A stretch of 63,103 bases of DNA, counting the filler, from Licmophora abbreviata (Eukaryota), in the NCBI GenBank assembly GCA_900291995.1. It is 5 parts of 5 records of this genome, joined end to end, with 100 filler letters (N's around TTAATTAATTAA, not from the genome) between each part and the next. Parts side by side here need not be neighbours in the genome. Positions count along the whole stretch, not along the records: positions 1 to 20,249 come from OLMU01002573.1; positions 20,350 to 24,564 come from OLMU01002577.1; 3 more parts are not named here. One strand, 5' to 3'. Positions within the stretch are counted from its first letter, which is position 1, and every line of letters starts with the position of its first letter. Positions 12,715-24,664 of this stretch are shown here, one piece after another. The translations under genes were made by a program, and so were the position numbers. The notes beneath the pieces are model-generated. The model did no database searches and had not been told where the DNA came from. It saw only the letters and a program-made list of their open reading frames with translations.

Positions 12715-14399
12715 ATGCTTTCGGCCAGGATTTCCTCGCTGGCTTTCAAAGCCCGCCGCTTGTCGCCGCACCGCGAATCTTTCGCCGGAGCTCTCGCTAG
12801 TACGACACGTACTATGGCAGACATTTCCGTTGAACATGGCCGCGGAGAGTGGAAACTGTACGGTGACTTGGCAAACTACAAACCTGGAAAATTCCAGATC
12901 AAAACCTTTAACAAGATTTCCCCAAAGGGACTTGAGCAGTTTCCCAAGGAAGACTACGACGTTCGAACTGGCGACGAAGAAGCGGCCAATGCTCACGCCA
13001 TTCTCTTGCGTTCGCATAAACTGCAAGAGGAGGAAGTCGCTCATACAGTACGTGCCATTGCACGCTGCGGCGCCGGCACCAACAACATTCCTGTGGCTCG
13101 CATGACGGAACTCGGCATCCCCGTATTCAATACACCTGGTGCCAACGCGAATGCTGTCAAGGAACTAGTTCTCTGTGGAATGTTACTGGCAAGTCGACGT
13201 ATTGTCGATGGAGTCAACCATATGAAGGATCTTGGACAGCAGGGACTCGCGAGGGAACGTGTTGAAAAGGATAAAGCCATGTTTGGCGGACAGGAACTTG
13301 CCGGCAAGACGCTCGCTGTAATTGGACTCGGTACGTGCTGTTTGTTTGTGGCTGTTTGCTTTTGCTTGGGTTTGTGCACTGAAGCAGTTTCACTGTACTT
13401 CGCTCGACCATTTATGCTCCCAAATGATTCACTAATTTGTTTTTGTAATTGTAATTGTATTTTTATCGTGGTTAAGGCCATATTGGATCCTTGACGGCAC
13501 GAGATGCGTACAGTCTCGGCATGAAGCTAACAGGTACGAGTCGAGAGCTGAAGGCCGTCCATGGATTTCTGCAAGCGCTATAGACTGAAGGTTCTCGACG
13601 GAACACTGTGCGCTCACTTTTCCTCCTATTCTTGTCTATTTTAGGATACGATCCTGGTCTTTCGGTTCAGAATGCCCTCAAGCTGCCCCGGTCGTTGAGC
13701 CTTGCGGATTCCATTACTGCTGCCGTTGCCAACGCTGATTACATCTCTCTCAACATGCCATACATCAAGGGCGAAGGAGGCACCCACGGAATTATCAACA
13801 AGGCTGTCATTGAACACTTCAAGCCAAATGCGGTCTTGCTTAACTTTGCTCGTGGCGAGCTGGTAAATTCCGAAGACATGAAGGAATTCCTAGATGAAGG
13901 CGACGGTCGTTACGTGTCGGACTTTCCTGACGATCTTCTTTGGGATCATAAGAACTCCATTATTCTACCTCACCTCGGAGCGTCGACGGGAGAAGCAGAG
14001 GATGCCGCTGCCTCCATGGCAGCAGACACAATTTGTGACTTTCTTGAAACTGGAGCGATTCGAAACTCCGTCAACTTTCCCGACACACAGCTGCTCGACA
14101 AGCCCGAGGGTGCCGTTCGTTTCGCTGTGGTGAACAAGAATAAGTCTGGTATGCTTGCCAATATCATGGATGTATTTGCACGAGAAAATGTCAACATTCT
14201 GCAGCAGATCAACCACTCGCGAGGGGGCATTGCGTACAACGTCCTGGACGTGGAATCATCTACTCGAAACGACGTGCTTTGTTTCAAAGACATCCAGGAA
14301 AAGATAACGATGTTGGAAGGTGTCGTGAGCAGTCGCCTCATTTATGGTATGCCTGGAACTGGCTACGCTCGAAACCTTGAAGGAGAGTACTTTGTATAA
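12715..14399 (+). CDS. PHGDH: D-3-phosphoglycerate dehydrogenase (SerA-like, ACT domain), copy 2, probable mitochondrial presequence
   Basis: MLSARISSLAFKARRLS leader; same motifs as copy 1; three exons with a short middle exon (GHIGSLTARDAYSLGMKLT). Confidence 0.88.
13056..13163. repeat. Right arm of 108-bp inverted repeat (partner 11607-11714)
   Basis: CATTGCACGCTGCGG...GCTGTCAAGGA, 106/108 identical to the reverse complement of the left arm. Confidence 0.9.
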
Positions 14400-14735
14400 G
14401 AAGTGAAAGTACGAGGATATACATACATTGCCGGAATGTCCGATTGTACTCTAGCTACAATTAGCAAGTAGACTGCGACGTAGGTTGTATTCGGCCCGTC
14501 TCGTCGACGAGATGCAAGATCATGGATGCATGATAAGGAATGATGACGGGAATTGATCGATGATCACTACACAAAGAATGTTCAAAGAAATCGAGATGCC
14601 TATTTTAGTAGTGTACAAGCGCCTAGTACAAAAAAGGCATATCGAAATCCTTCGAAGAATGTCCCCAGACACGACCACCGTCACTTCCGGCTGTGTATTG
14701 GAGTTTTCTATCTGATATGGGACAAGCCAGTACGA

Positions 14736-15311
14736 TTACGAGCGGCCGTCGTAGCTCTTCTGTTCGTCGCTCTTGCCACTGAAATCGTACTTGGTCTTGA
14801 CCATGTTGTGGCCCTTGGTTGCCGAGTTGACCCACTTCTGATCCAGGTTTGTTCCACGCTTCAGATACCAGTCGGTGAAGTCAATGAACTTACCGGCCTT
14901 GGCCACGTTCTTCTTGTAGTTTTCGTCCTTCTTCTTCTGGTCACTAGAGCGGATCTTCTCGTACTGTTGACGGCTCAAGCCCGCTGGAACATAGGAGTTG
15001 TTTGAGAGTTTTCCTTGCTTCAACTGTTTCAATCAACCATCGTGGAAAGACAATTAGTCGTGGAAGAGTAATAGGACGAGACGTTCATGGTTGATTACAG
15101 TACTTACGTTTTTCTTGGAACGAGCCCCGTAGTTGTTCACAGTCGGGTTCGGAGCAAACAGATCCATGCCGAAGACGGTCTCGAAAAACGGCTTGGTCTC
15201 CTCCGCTGACTTCTTCGCCGCCAGCTCCATTCCGACACGGGAGCTCACAGGGGCCGGGGCGAATGCCGCGGCCGTAGCCAGGGAAGCAACAAGAACGGCA
15301 ACAGTCTTCAT
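14736..15311 (-). CDS. Small basic plastid-targeted protein of unknown function, 2 exons
   Basis: MKTVAVLVASLATAAAFAP bipartite leader; GTAAGT...CAG intron (~15107-15024) joins to LKQGKLSNNSYVPAGLSRQQYEKIR. Confidence 0.8.
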
Positions 15312-15896
15312 CTTTGCTCAACTTTACGAGAAACTTTGTGGTGTCACCTGTGCTTCCGTCGCCATTCTGGATTCTGGTGACGTGGGAGATTTTCTACGCT
15401 TGATCTACGTATCCCTCGTACCAAAACTTGAAGTTCGAGGTTGAAGCGGTATCTTTTCTACAACAGAATGCGAGTTACGAGTCGAGTGGGTCAAGTCAAG
15501 ATTCAGAGATGTAGTCTGCTGACAGACATGCAGACGCCTATCCAGTCAATCGATGAAGTCAACAATCAATCAGTCGATCCTCTGCGCCTGGCAAGCCTTT
15601 CCTCCGTGTCGTTGTCCTCGATAGAGATTAAACTCACTCGTCCTTCGAGTAGCTAGCTTGTAGGGGACTGAAGGATAGGACCGACGGTATACTACTAGCT
15701 GTACTATGCACTGTTGTACTCAAGACATACATAGGTGGTAGCTTTACTATTTACATCCGACACACAATTGTACATTAGTCATCGTGCCAAGAACTACCTT
15801 CTGTTGGATCCTCGATCAACCCTCTTAGCTTGGAATACAGAGTGAATCTTTTGCACTGTCGCAACCGGAAAAATGAGCAATGCAAAAAGTGGGTTT

Positions 15897-16714
15897 ACTA
15901 AATCTGTTTAGTCGATTGTCGTCTCAAGTCATTGCTCTGGGATATGATTCTTTCCATGATTTTGGGGCCTTCCCGCTTTGTGACTTCCATAATTCGCCCT
16001 CGTGTTTCATAGGAGTTGCCCAAGTTGTCCTTCCAACTCGAGGAGCGAGTATTGTTCACCATAACATCGTTGTCGTTTCGGATCGTTAAACGTCTAAAAA
16101 ACTCGCGATCCTCGATTCTGTAGGTGGCTGCTTTTGCGGCGCGCTGAAAGGAGCAGAGATGGATTAGAGAGCGAATCAGTTAGGAAATGAAGTCACTCCG
16201 TCAGCCAACACAACGAGCAATACACCGGTTGCGCTGTTGCGCCCAGTTCTGTCGTGGAGCGGCCGTGTTCTGTCACCATGTGCATCGCGAAGCTCCAACT
16301 TCGACTCACCTCAATCTTTCTCTGATGGATGTACTCCATGCTGAAGTATCCAGCGACACCAGATACCGCCATCGTGAGACACAAAAACTTCGGAAAATGC
16401 TGCGGCGAAAGAATTGTCTTTCGGGCGACATCACCAACGCTCAATCTCCCTGTCCTGACAGACTCGGAAGTCTTGTAGGCTGAGCTGAGAAGCTCGATTG
16501 TACGACTAACAGGATGCGACATATCTACTCTACGCAATGCGCTCTGCCAGTCTTTGAATTGCAAGCTGATGTCTTCTTTGAGCATTGTGAGTGAAGAAAA
16601 AGGGTTCAAGGCGCGAAGCGCGTTTTCTCTCACTTTTCGTCTTGTGACGTGTGCAGGATTCCGGTGCGTCATCAAAAAGCGTTCAACATCAAGGTGATGA
16701 CGTCGAGCATGCAC
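15897..16714 (-). CDS. Possible spliced hypothetical protein
   Basis: 173-aa ORF with a hydrophobic segment plus a downstream ~80-codon open frame after a CAG acceptor (~16144); no recognisable motif, start unclear. Confidence 0.3.
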
Positions 16715-16972
16715 ATTAGATGCGCGAGGTCTTGAGCTACTACTACGAGTATACCGTTACCTGTGCTCGTCTCGTAGTTAGTGCGGTCGACAATTTCATA
16801 GATGGCCACTTTGGGTTAGTCTAGTCGTATCAGTTCTGAACGATGTGGCACGGCGACTGTCAGTCTTCCAGCTTCAGTCCTATTTTACCATGTCTCTTAG
16901 TAAAATGGCCGGCCGTAGAGGACAACAAAGTAAGGATGACGTTCCATGCAAGTTGAATTGCAGCCCGCGCTC

Positions 16973-18820
16973 CTACTCGTCGTCGTCATCGATGTCCATA
17001 GCAGTGGTTTCCTCGTCTCCTCCTAGTGTATCTCGTATCTCGTCGTTTGATCGCAGTGTCTTTTCTACCTCCAACATCAAGTTCACCTGCTCGTCGGTTA
17101 GACCGGGGATGACCTGTAGCTTCTCCCTGACTTCATCCAGAGGGGTACTAATTCCGGTATCGTCCATGGCCATGAGCTCACTCATTTGTTCCGGCGTGAG
17201 AGAAGCGAGCAGTGCTTCGTACTCTGCAGTGTCAATCCCAGATGCTTGCAAGGCTAAATCCACTGGCGAGCCTTCTCGAGAATACCTGCTTTCTTCGCCT
17301 ACCTCCGCGCTGCCACCTTTGCGCTCTTCGACGGCACGGGCCTCCTTTTGTGAATTCCGGATCTCATCCTTAAGCTGCTTAGTCAGCTCTGAAACCTTAT
17401 TTTCAAGATTTGATATCACCCAATCAACGTCCTCTTCCTTGTAATGAAGCCCGTATGGCATCTTGACACGATCCGGGTCATCGCCAGGCTCGAGACCACG
17501 ATCATTGATCCACTCTTCGTCGTCGGATTCGTAGGTTACCGTCGGATCAAACGGAATCTTTTCCAAATCAAACACATCCAATTCATCCTCATCATCACCG
17601 GAAGCTGCTCTAGCAGCCTCCAACATCTTCTTTTCCCTCTCTTCTCGCTTCTTCTGTCGCTCGGTGCGAGTATCGGCTTTGAGAAGCTTGCCAACAAGAA
17701 TTGGGTATGAAGGGGGGCTCTTCAATCCAACAGGTATACCCATGGTGGGTCCTTGGTACGAAGAATCGCCCGAATCGTCGTCGTCCTCTGTGGGTTCATC
17801 TTTCGTTGGCTGACGACCTTTAAATTCGAAGAACTGCGTGGGATCCCTCAACAAAATGTCCACGCCTTCCTTCTCCATCGCCTTGGTGTTGGCCAAGATT
17901 TTGACGTTGGGAACCGGCGTGGACTGCGGAATGTTGCTCTTGCTCTCCTCTTCCGAGAATCGACCCTGAAGAATATCTTGCTGCTTCTTCAGCAACGCAC
18001 GCTTGCCAGCATCGTAAACCATTGCACGCAACCTGGCCTTCTCCTCCAACTCTTCCCGTTCACCCAGTCGCTCATCCGTCCAAAATGAATTATCCATGTT
18101 ACTCTCCATATAAGCTTCCTCTTCCAGCCCTTTCAGAAGTAGCTCACGTGCAAGGGGCAAGGTGTTTCCCTTGAAAGGAAACTGACTCTCGTAGCGCCAG
18201 TACTCCGCATCGTCAGTAGGGACCGGTGCACCAAGCACACCACGAGGACGCGTCCACAGGAGCTGTTCCGCTTCTGGGGTAAAGGCGTCTTCCACTTCTT
18301 CCAGAGTGGTGAGCCACAGTGGTGCTTCTTCCTCTAATTCATCGATAACTAGCTGACGAGCCTTAGCGAAGCGTTCCTTCCTCGCATCGCGATTAATTTG
18401 TGCAACCCGAAGTTCCTCCTCGAACTCAAGTCGTCTCTGTTCCTGCTTTTCACGCTGATAAATAGCATGCTGCCCGGATCGAATATTCTTAATACGCTGT
18501 CGCTCAAGCTTGCGGCGCATTCGCTCCTTTCGTCTCGCCTCTTCTTCGGCCTGATCAGCGGCCCTTTGCTGCTCAATTTCGTGCGCATACTGCTTTCGCA
18601 AAACGGATACCTGCTTTCGATAGACCACACGTCGTTCGGCATACTCTTTCGCTGCCTGCCTAGTAACCGACTTCTGGTCCAATTTAGCAGCGTTTTCTTC
18701 TTGGACGACTGTCGAGCGGGAGTACGTGCGCCACGCTGTAGCGATTGCGCGATGACGATGTGTCGACAACATGCGCTGCGCCGGTCTCTGGCTGCTCAGT
18801 TGCAGGAGCTGCTGCAACAT
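16973..18820 (-). CDS. Hypothetical coiled-coil/acidic protein, probable mitochondrial presequence
   Basis: 615-aa intronless ORF; Arg/Ser/Thr-rich N-terminus lacking acidic residues; E/R/K-rich helical region. Confidence 0.75.
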   Translation of the reverse strand: MLQQLLQLSSQRPAQRMLSTHRHRAIATAWRTYSRSTVVQEENAAKLDQKSVTRQAAKEYAERRVVYRKQVSVLRKQYAHEIEQQRAADQAEEEARRKERMRRKLERQRIKNIRSGQHAIYQREKQEQRRLEFEEELRVAQINRDARKERFAKARQLVIDELEEEAPLWLTTLEEVEDAFTPEAEQLLWTRPRGVLGAPVPTDDAEYWRYESQFPFKGNTLPLARELLLKGLEEEAYMESNMDNSFWTDERLGEREELEEKARLRAMVYDAGKRALLKKQQDILQGRFSEEESKSNIPQSTPVPNVKILANTKAMEKEGVDILLRDPTQFFEFKGRQPTKDEPTEDDDDSGDSSYQGPTMGIPVGLKSPPSYPILVGKLLKADTRTERQKKREEREKKMLEAARAASGDDEDELDVFDLEKIPFDPTVTYESDDEEWINDRGLEPGDDPDRVKMPYGLHYKEEDVDWVISNLENKVSELTKQLKDEIRNSQKEARAVEERKGGSAEVGEESRYSREGSPVDLALQASGIDTAEYEALLASLTPEQMSELMAMDDTGISTPLDEVREKLQVIPGLTDEQVNLMLEVEKTLRSNDEIRDTLGGDEETTAMDIDDDDE

Positions 18821-19309
18821 CTCTCCACTCAGTCCACAATCTAAGCTTTAAACAGTACGCCGCAGTCAAGCGAATATATTATGCTAGTGTATTAGAGAAC
18901 GGAAACAGCGACGCGAATGCTCTTCGTTCGAATGATCATCGTGATGAGGAGAGGTCGCATCTGATGCTTGACTGCGTTTCCAACTTGCAAAACGCCAGAT
19001 TCCTTTCTGATGCTTAAACAAAGATAGAAGATGGCATCGTGTATTCTAGTCGCTAGGACATCATTTGTATAAAAAACTTTATTCCTCAATGTCATAGGTC
19101 CTGTCTGATACATTAAGTAAGACAGTCTGGCAGCACACCAAGACTCTCGTTGTGGCCTCACAAACTTGAAACTTCCGGCACTTCCATTCGCCATGACTTG
19201 GATGACGAAAGAATCTTTTGGTGTGCGCGTCGCTGTGCTTTTTGTCTCCTTTCCTAGAGTCTGAGGGTGATCCGCAAGTACAGGCCTCGTTGGGTCATCA
19301 GGACACAGA

Positions 19310-20249
19310 ATGGAACGAAGGTCACTCGGTGGCGAGAGCTTCCACAGCGTGGGTGGTTTGTCACGGCAGATGTCGCATGAGCTACTTGCCTCGTCCGCGA
19401 GCGTCGGTAGTGACGACTCCAGGTCTTCGTCGTTGCCAGCGGCATCTCTTCCAGCGAATACCTTGATGTCCAACTCGGCCTTAAACTACCTCGGACTTAT
19501 GGCCGCGGCTGCCCAGCAACAACAGCTTACAGCCATCGCACTTGGGCAGACCTTCGCAGCCACACAGCTCTGCCAAGCTGTGAACGCTCAAGAGTCCCCA
19601 GACATGCTTCTCGCCAAAGCTTTGGTCACACAGCAGCATCAGCAAACACAACTACTACAAAGAGAAGCAGCAGCTCGGCGCAATCTTCTTGTACGGCACA
19701 GTCAGAGAAATCAGAACGAGAGGGCAGCTGCCAACAAGACGAATGAAACCGTCTTTGTTCCTTGTCGCGCTCGTTGCATGCCCATCGACCATGACTTTCG
19801 TGTGAGTTTAAAGTTAGGTTACAGACGACTGTTGATTTGGTCGTCATTGTCGATCGACATACTTACTCCGTTTTGCCTTTCGTCTCAACAGACTGCGTAC
19901 TTTGTCATTGCCGAGGACGCGAAGCATGGGGATGACCTGATTTGCTCTCACTATGCATGCCGAGGCACCGTTAAGTTTCGATTCTGCACTACATGCCAAG
20001 TCCCAGTTGCAAAGCGGAATTTCTTCAAACGACACAGTCATGGCCTTCATGGCCGATCGGTTGCACCACCTTCCGCACCAATTAAGTCGGAACAATCTGA
20101 CCATGGCCCTGCGACTACAAAGACAGATGATACTAAAGTTCAGAGTGAAAACTTGATACACACAACTGAAGCACATGACGGTAGTGCCCCGACCGCTGAT
20201 ACCCCTGATCCGATTCGCCCGAAAGCAACTGAGCGAGAGACAGAATGGC
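19310..20249 (+). CDS. Hypothetical Cys/His (putative zinc-finger) protein, cut by assembly gap
   Basis: Q/A-rich N-terminus, then VPCRARCMPIDHD|TAYFVI...HGDDLICSHYAC...FRFCTTCQVPVAKRNFFKRHSH; in-frame intron at about 19802-19891. Confidence 0.7.
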
Positions 20250-20349
20250 NNNNNNNNNNNNNNNNNNNNNNNNNNNNNNNNNNNNNNNNNNNNTTAATTA
20301 ATTAANNNNNNNNNNNNNNNNNNNNNNNNNNNNNNNNNNNNNNNNNNNN
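20250..20349. other. Artificial contig spacer / assembly gap
   Basis: N44-TTAATTAATTAA-N44, stops in all six frames. Confidence 0.98.
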
Positions 20350-20963
20350 TCCGCGCTTGGGTTTCGTCGTAATATCGTAATATCGTGACATCTGACGGCT
20401 CGACGGTATGTTATGTGCTTCGGCAATATAATCAATCCGAGTGTGCTCATCGGAAAGATCCAGAACATAATGGTTAAGCCAAAGTATCTGCCCTCAGCTA
20501 AAACTTCTTGGAGAACACGACAATGGGACTAGCAATCAGTATTACTTCCACTTGAACAAGAATCAGGATGTTAAATCCAGGAGCTTTCTGTAAAGGCCTC
20601 GTCCATGTCCTTAGTCTTCCGAGCGAAGTAGCCCGTCACAACCATCGGGATGACAACCACCGCAAAGAGGGGAGCCAAAAAAGCAGCATAGTCATCGGCC
20701 CTGCATTCTCCGATCGTTTCGTGAGTAGTTTCGTCGATTTGATAGCGAACCCTTTCAAGCGGCGCCAACACCGTCCACAGAATAAGGATTACCAAAGCGG
20801 AGACAAGTAGTATGAGCATCGGCCAAACAACATGTCGTATTCTAATCTGGCGCCTTCTGAATTGAAGCAGCTCATTAACACGCCACAACTTGGTGAACAA
20901 CGCCGCGTACACGAAAATGTGACCAAGAGATATCAGACAGGGTGCAAGGCACGAGACTAACAA
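20350..20963 (-). pseudogene. Class C (GABA-B-like, 7tm_3) GPCR fragment with two frameshifts
   Basis: ALFTKLWRV, LILWTVLAPL, GEC, RKTKDMDEAFTESSWI*; continues in shifted frames as NILILVQVEVILIASPIV and GRYFG...STLGLIILPK. N-terminal TMs absent. Confidence 0.72.
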
Positions 20964-21001
20964 GCGGCGAGAAACTAAAACCAGCGGCGAGAAACTAAAA
21001 C
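20963..21001. repeat. Two-copy 20-bp-period tandem repeat (AGCGGCGAGAAACTAAAAC)
   Basis: Seen directly, at the 5' breakpoint of the GPCR fragment. Confidence 0.85.
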
Positions 21002-21174
21002 AAGAAACCAGGATTGACTTCCCTATATCGTCGATATGCTATAGCAGTGTCCTCGACTGCGTAGGAGGACAGGGAACTCAATGTTCTAACTTGCGCCCTG
21101 GTGCAGTGAGACGATGGAGGCGCTCTTTAACGTATAGCTGAGCTATCTCTGTTACGTACGTACAACTGAACTAT

Positions 21175-22904
21175 CTATACGGGCATCGCGGCTCTTGCAC
21201 GTGCTGCTTTCTTGAGCGCTGGAATAATATAAGCGCACACCAGCCAGCTGTAGGGCGCCGTGAAGATGAAGCTATCGACCCGATCAAGGATGCCACCATG
21301 TTCCGGAATCAAATCACCAAAGTCTTTCAATCCGGCATTCCGTTTCAACATGGACGCCGTCAGATCGCCGATCAATCCGATGAGTCCCAAGAGAACGCCG
21401 TGTACAGCTCCCGTCAAAGGCCAGTTCGGCCACTTCTGAACCCAAGCACCAAGCATTCCTAGTCCGGCACTTACAGCGCATCCGCCGAAGACACCCTCGA
21501 CTGACTTGTTGGGACTTGTAGCGCCTGCCGCTGGCGCAACGGATCCAAGCTTGGTCTTTCCAAAGCTTCGGCCAACAAAGTAGGCACCCACGTCACTAAA
21601 GGCGAGGCACAGCCACGTCCAAAAGATAAAGACGGCCCCCGTGGTGATTGGAAGATGAATTGCCTGTGGAATAAAGCTGGGCAGTGCACTGGAGGTTTTG
21701 CCGAGCAGTTCCAGCAAGGGCGCGGTGATTGGCGCCAATCGAGTCGGCTCTCTGCCAGCACCAATCAGTCGAATTCGTACCCAAAAGGAAGGAACATAGC
21801 CAAGATAGAACATTCCTGTGAAAGTAGTGGCAATCTCAGGAATGGTGGAGACTTGACGTCGCATCGTCAGAAACCAAACCATTGCCCACAGTCCAAAAAT
21901 GGGCAAGCAGATTTGGTGCAGCTCCGGAGCAAACAACGCCTGCGATAAACAGATGATGGAGTTAGCGAGTCTTCATGCGCACGCGCATGTATACACACGA
22001 AGCCGTGAAGCCAACGTACCGTGAGAAACATGGAGCAAGCCCCTACTACAGAGATTCTTCGAGCGGGATAAACCCCAGTATTCATGATCATGCGATAGTA
22101 CTCTAGCTGGCCGAGTATCGTCATTAGCGTGAACAGACCAGTGAAGATGTAGTTCCCAGAAAAGACCCAGCCAGCCACTGCGAATCCCATTACAACACCG
22201 AATGCAATCGATCGCCTCTGCTTCTCCTTCGTCTTCTTCTCTTGCGGTGCGGCGGTGTTTTCCTCTTTCAGAGCTGCTGCCGTACTTTCGAGCTTTTCTG
22301 TATCGCTTCCACTTTCTAGCTTATTTCCGTCCCCGTTCAATGGCATTAGGTGTTTGCGAGGTGGGCAAATGATATTGAGCATCTTTTGACATGCCTCAAG
22401 CAGCTCTTGTCGAGCTTCGTTCGCGTCGTCAGAAAACTCGACGTACTCCTCTCCCTCCATAATATGCTCGACGGAACGAATAGCAGCGGTAGCCTTATCC
22501 CTCGCCACTCGCTGACGAGCTGCGGGGTCAGTTTCTTTCCACAGCCGCTTCGCATAGTCTGTATAAATCTTGACCGCACTGGTGGGCAACGTCGATTGAT
22601 CATTGGCCTCCTCTTCGTTCTTGAGACGCTCATCCCGACGGCGGGCCCTCTGTATCCGCCTCGTTTCGCCCCCGCGTAATTGTAGCTTCATGGACAGTAC
22701 GCCTGGACTCTTCCATATCGTGTTTAGCGATGGGTGAGATTTCTCGGCGAACGTTGAGCGGAACGACGGCGTCGCTCTGGAGAATGCGCAGGTACTCGGT
22801 GCTCCGAGCAGCACAACAGTGACCGACATTATCAACGCTGACCATAGTCGAAGCTTTTTGCTCTGTTCTGCCTTTCTGTTGCCCGTTCGAAACGATCGCT
22901 GCAT
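21175..22904 (-). CDS. Phosphatidate cytidylyltransferase (CDP-DAG synthase), plastid-type, 2 exons
   Basis: SDVGAYFVG, SPNKSVEG, ASMLKRNAGLKDFGDLIPEHGGILDRVDS signature; signal + TCAFS leader; intron 22019-21940. Confidence 0.93.
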
Positions 22905-23304
22905 CGTGGGGATATATTTTTGGACGATGACTCACTGCATTTCTGTAGACAGTGCAATATGGACGAGAACAAAGACCTACAGATGAGGAGCTCTGTACTC
23001 AGTTTGATGAGTTGTGTGCTGTCATCAGGGGCGTCGGCGGCTCTCGTCGCTCGTCGCGTCATGTCAGATCAAGACATCTCATCCATCACTCAGCTCTACG
23101 TGTCCTATCGTACAAGTTCTACGAAGGTGCGTAAGGTGTCAGTCGGCAATCAACATTTCGATCCCTATGGCTTATAGGCGGAGCTCGTCCTGAAGAAAGA
23201 TCTTCCATACCCTCCCCCTGCAACCAATCGATCCGTTATGTACACAATCACGGCAAGGATGGTTTACGATGAGCTTACTTCGATCTGAGCAAAGACGTAA
23301 TTGA

Positions 23305-24291
23305 TCAGAAAACTTCCGTGACTGGCGGCTTCCAGTCATCGCCTTTGTCGCCACCCTCTGCTTCAATTCTCTTGCGTTCAGCTTCGTCTGCTTCCTTCTT
23401 CCGTTGCCGTTTCTCCCGTAGCTCCTCCACACTATATCCAAACAGTTCCTCTCGAAAGTACAGCAACCAGTTGGCGCATTGCGCGCGTCGAGTCTTGTTG
23501 GGAGTCAGCTCCGCATACTGGGGAGGGTCGACGACAATCGAGATTGAATTAATTCTGTTCACCACACGGTGCAACATGCCTCCATCGGAACGTACCTTGT
23601 ATCCAGTAAAGCCAAGTGGCTTCAAGTGAGTCTTTAGACTCTGCTTGTTATCAGCTGGAACGGATCGAACCAACGACTGATTCGCCTTCAAGCTGGGTTG
23701 GTCAACCTCCTTTGAGTATACCCGCTGCATGCCAATCAGGTCGGGCGGAGTAGGGTACTTTTCACGCCACTTTGGAAACACGGTATCACTTTTCCATGCT
23801 TCTGTCGCAGGATCGAACCGATAGCCCAGACATTTCCATACCAGCGTGTTGACCTGCAGAAAAGCATCTCAAAATAATGTCAGTGACATGTAGATCGCCA
23901 TTTTGGCCATCAAGCAATCCCGAACGGTGCATACCTCAAGATCGGAGCATTCGATTCGTAGTATTCGGAGGAGATTTTCGTTGCTCAACTCCTCCTTGAT
24001 GGGTGCCCCATCCCTCGAAAGAACGAAGTCATCTTCTCCAATGGAACCTCGTACAGCGTACAGCGGGTCGGCAGCGGGAGCAAACGGCTTCAAAATCTCT
24101 GGCTTGATTTCTTCTTTGTCTGCATCTTGAGCCTCAGCGGCTGACAACTGACCCAGACTAGTAGACTTGCCATTTCTTGAAACAACGAATGCAGCACGGC
24201 TCGGCGCAAACGCCGCCGCTAACGGAAAGCCGTGCCCACAGAAAGATAGAATAGCAATTGCGCCAGTCAATCTTTTTGCGAAAGAGGTCAT
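23305..24291 (-). CDS. Plastid-targeted DUF1823-like (cyanobacterial-type) protein, 3 exons
   Basis: AAAFAP leader; VNTLVWKCLGYRFD...W...YPTPPD...RSVPADNKQSLK...LGFTGYK...TPNKTRRAQCANWLL. Confidence 0.8.
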
Positions 24292-24564
24292 GGTATCAAT
24301 TCCAAATCTGCGAAAGATTTCCTTCGAGGCGCTATTGGTTTAAGAGAGCAATAGGCAGCAAAACGATGCAAACATCCGTCCAATACAAGGTTCAACGATG
24401 TCTGTGTCGACGGCAGCGACGATGTGATGAGTGGTGTGTGTGTGTGTTTGTTGGCGGGAAAGTGAAAGTTGAAAGTGTCATGACAATTCTAGGACTCAAA
24501 GTGCGAGGTCGCGAATCTTTTTCAAGCTTTACGAGTAGGTAGAATATTTACTTTTTGATACTAC

Positions 24565-24664
24565 NNNNNNNNNNNNNNNNNNNNNNNNNNNNNNNNNNNN
24601 NNNNNNNNTTAATTAATTAANNNNNNNNNNNNNNNNNNNNNNNNNNNNNNNNNNNNNNNNNNNN
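24565..24664. other. Artificial contig spacer / assembly gap
   Basis: N44-TTAATTAATTAA-N44. Confidence 0.98.
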
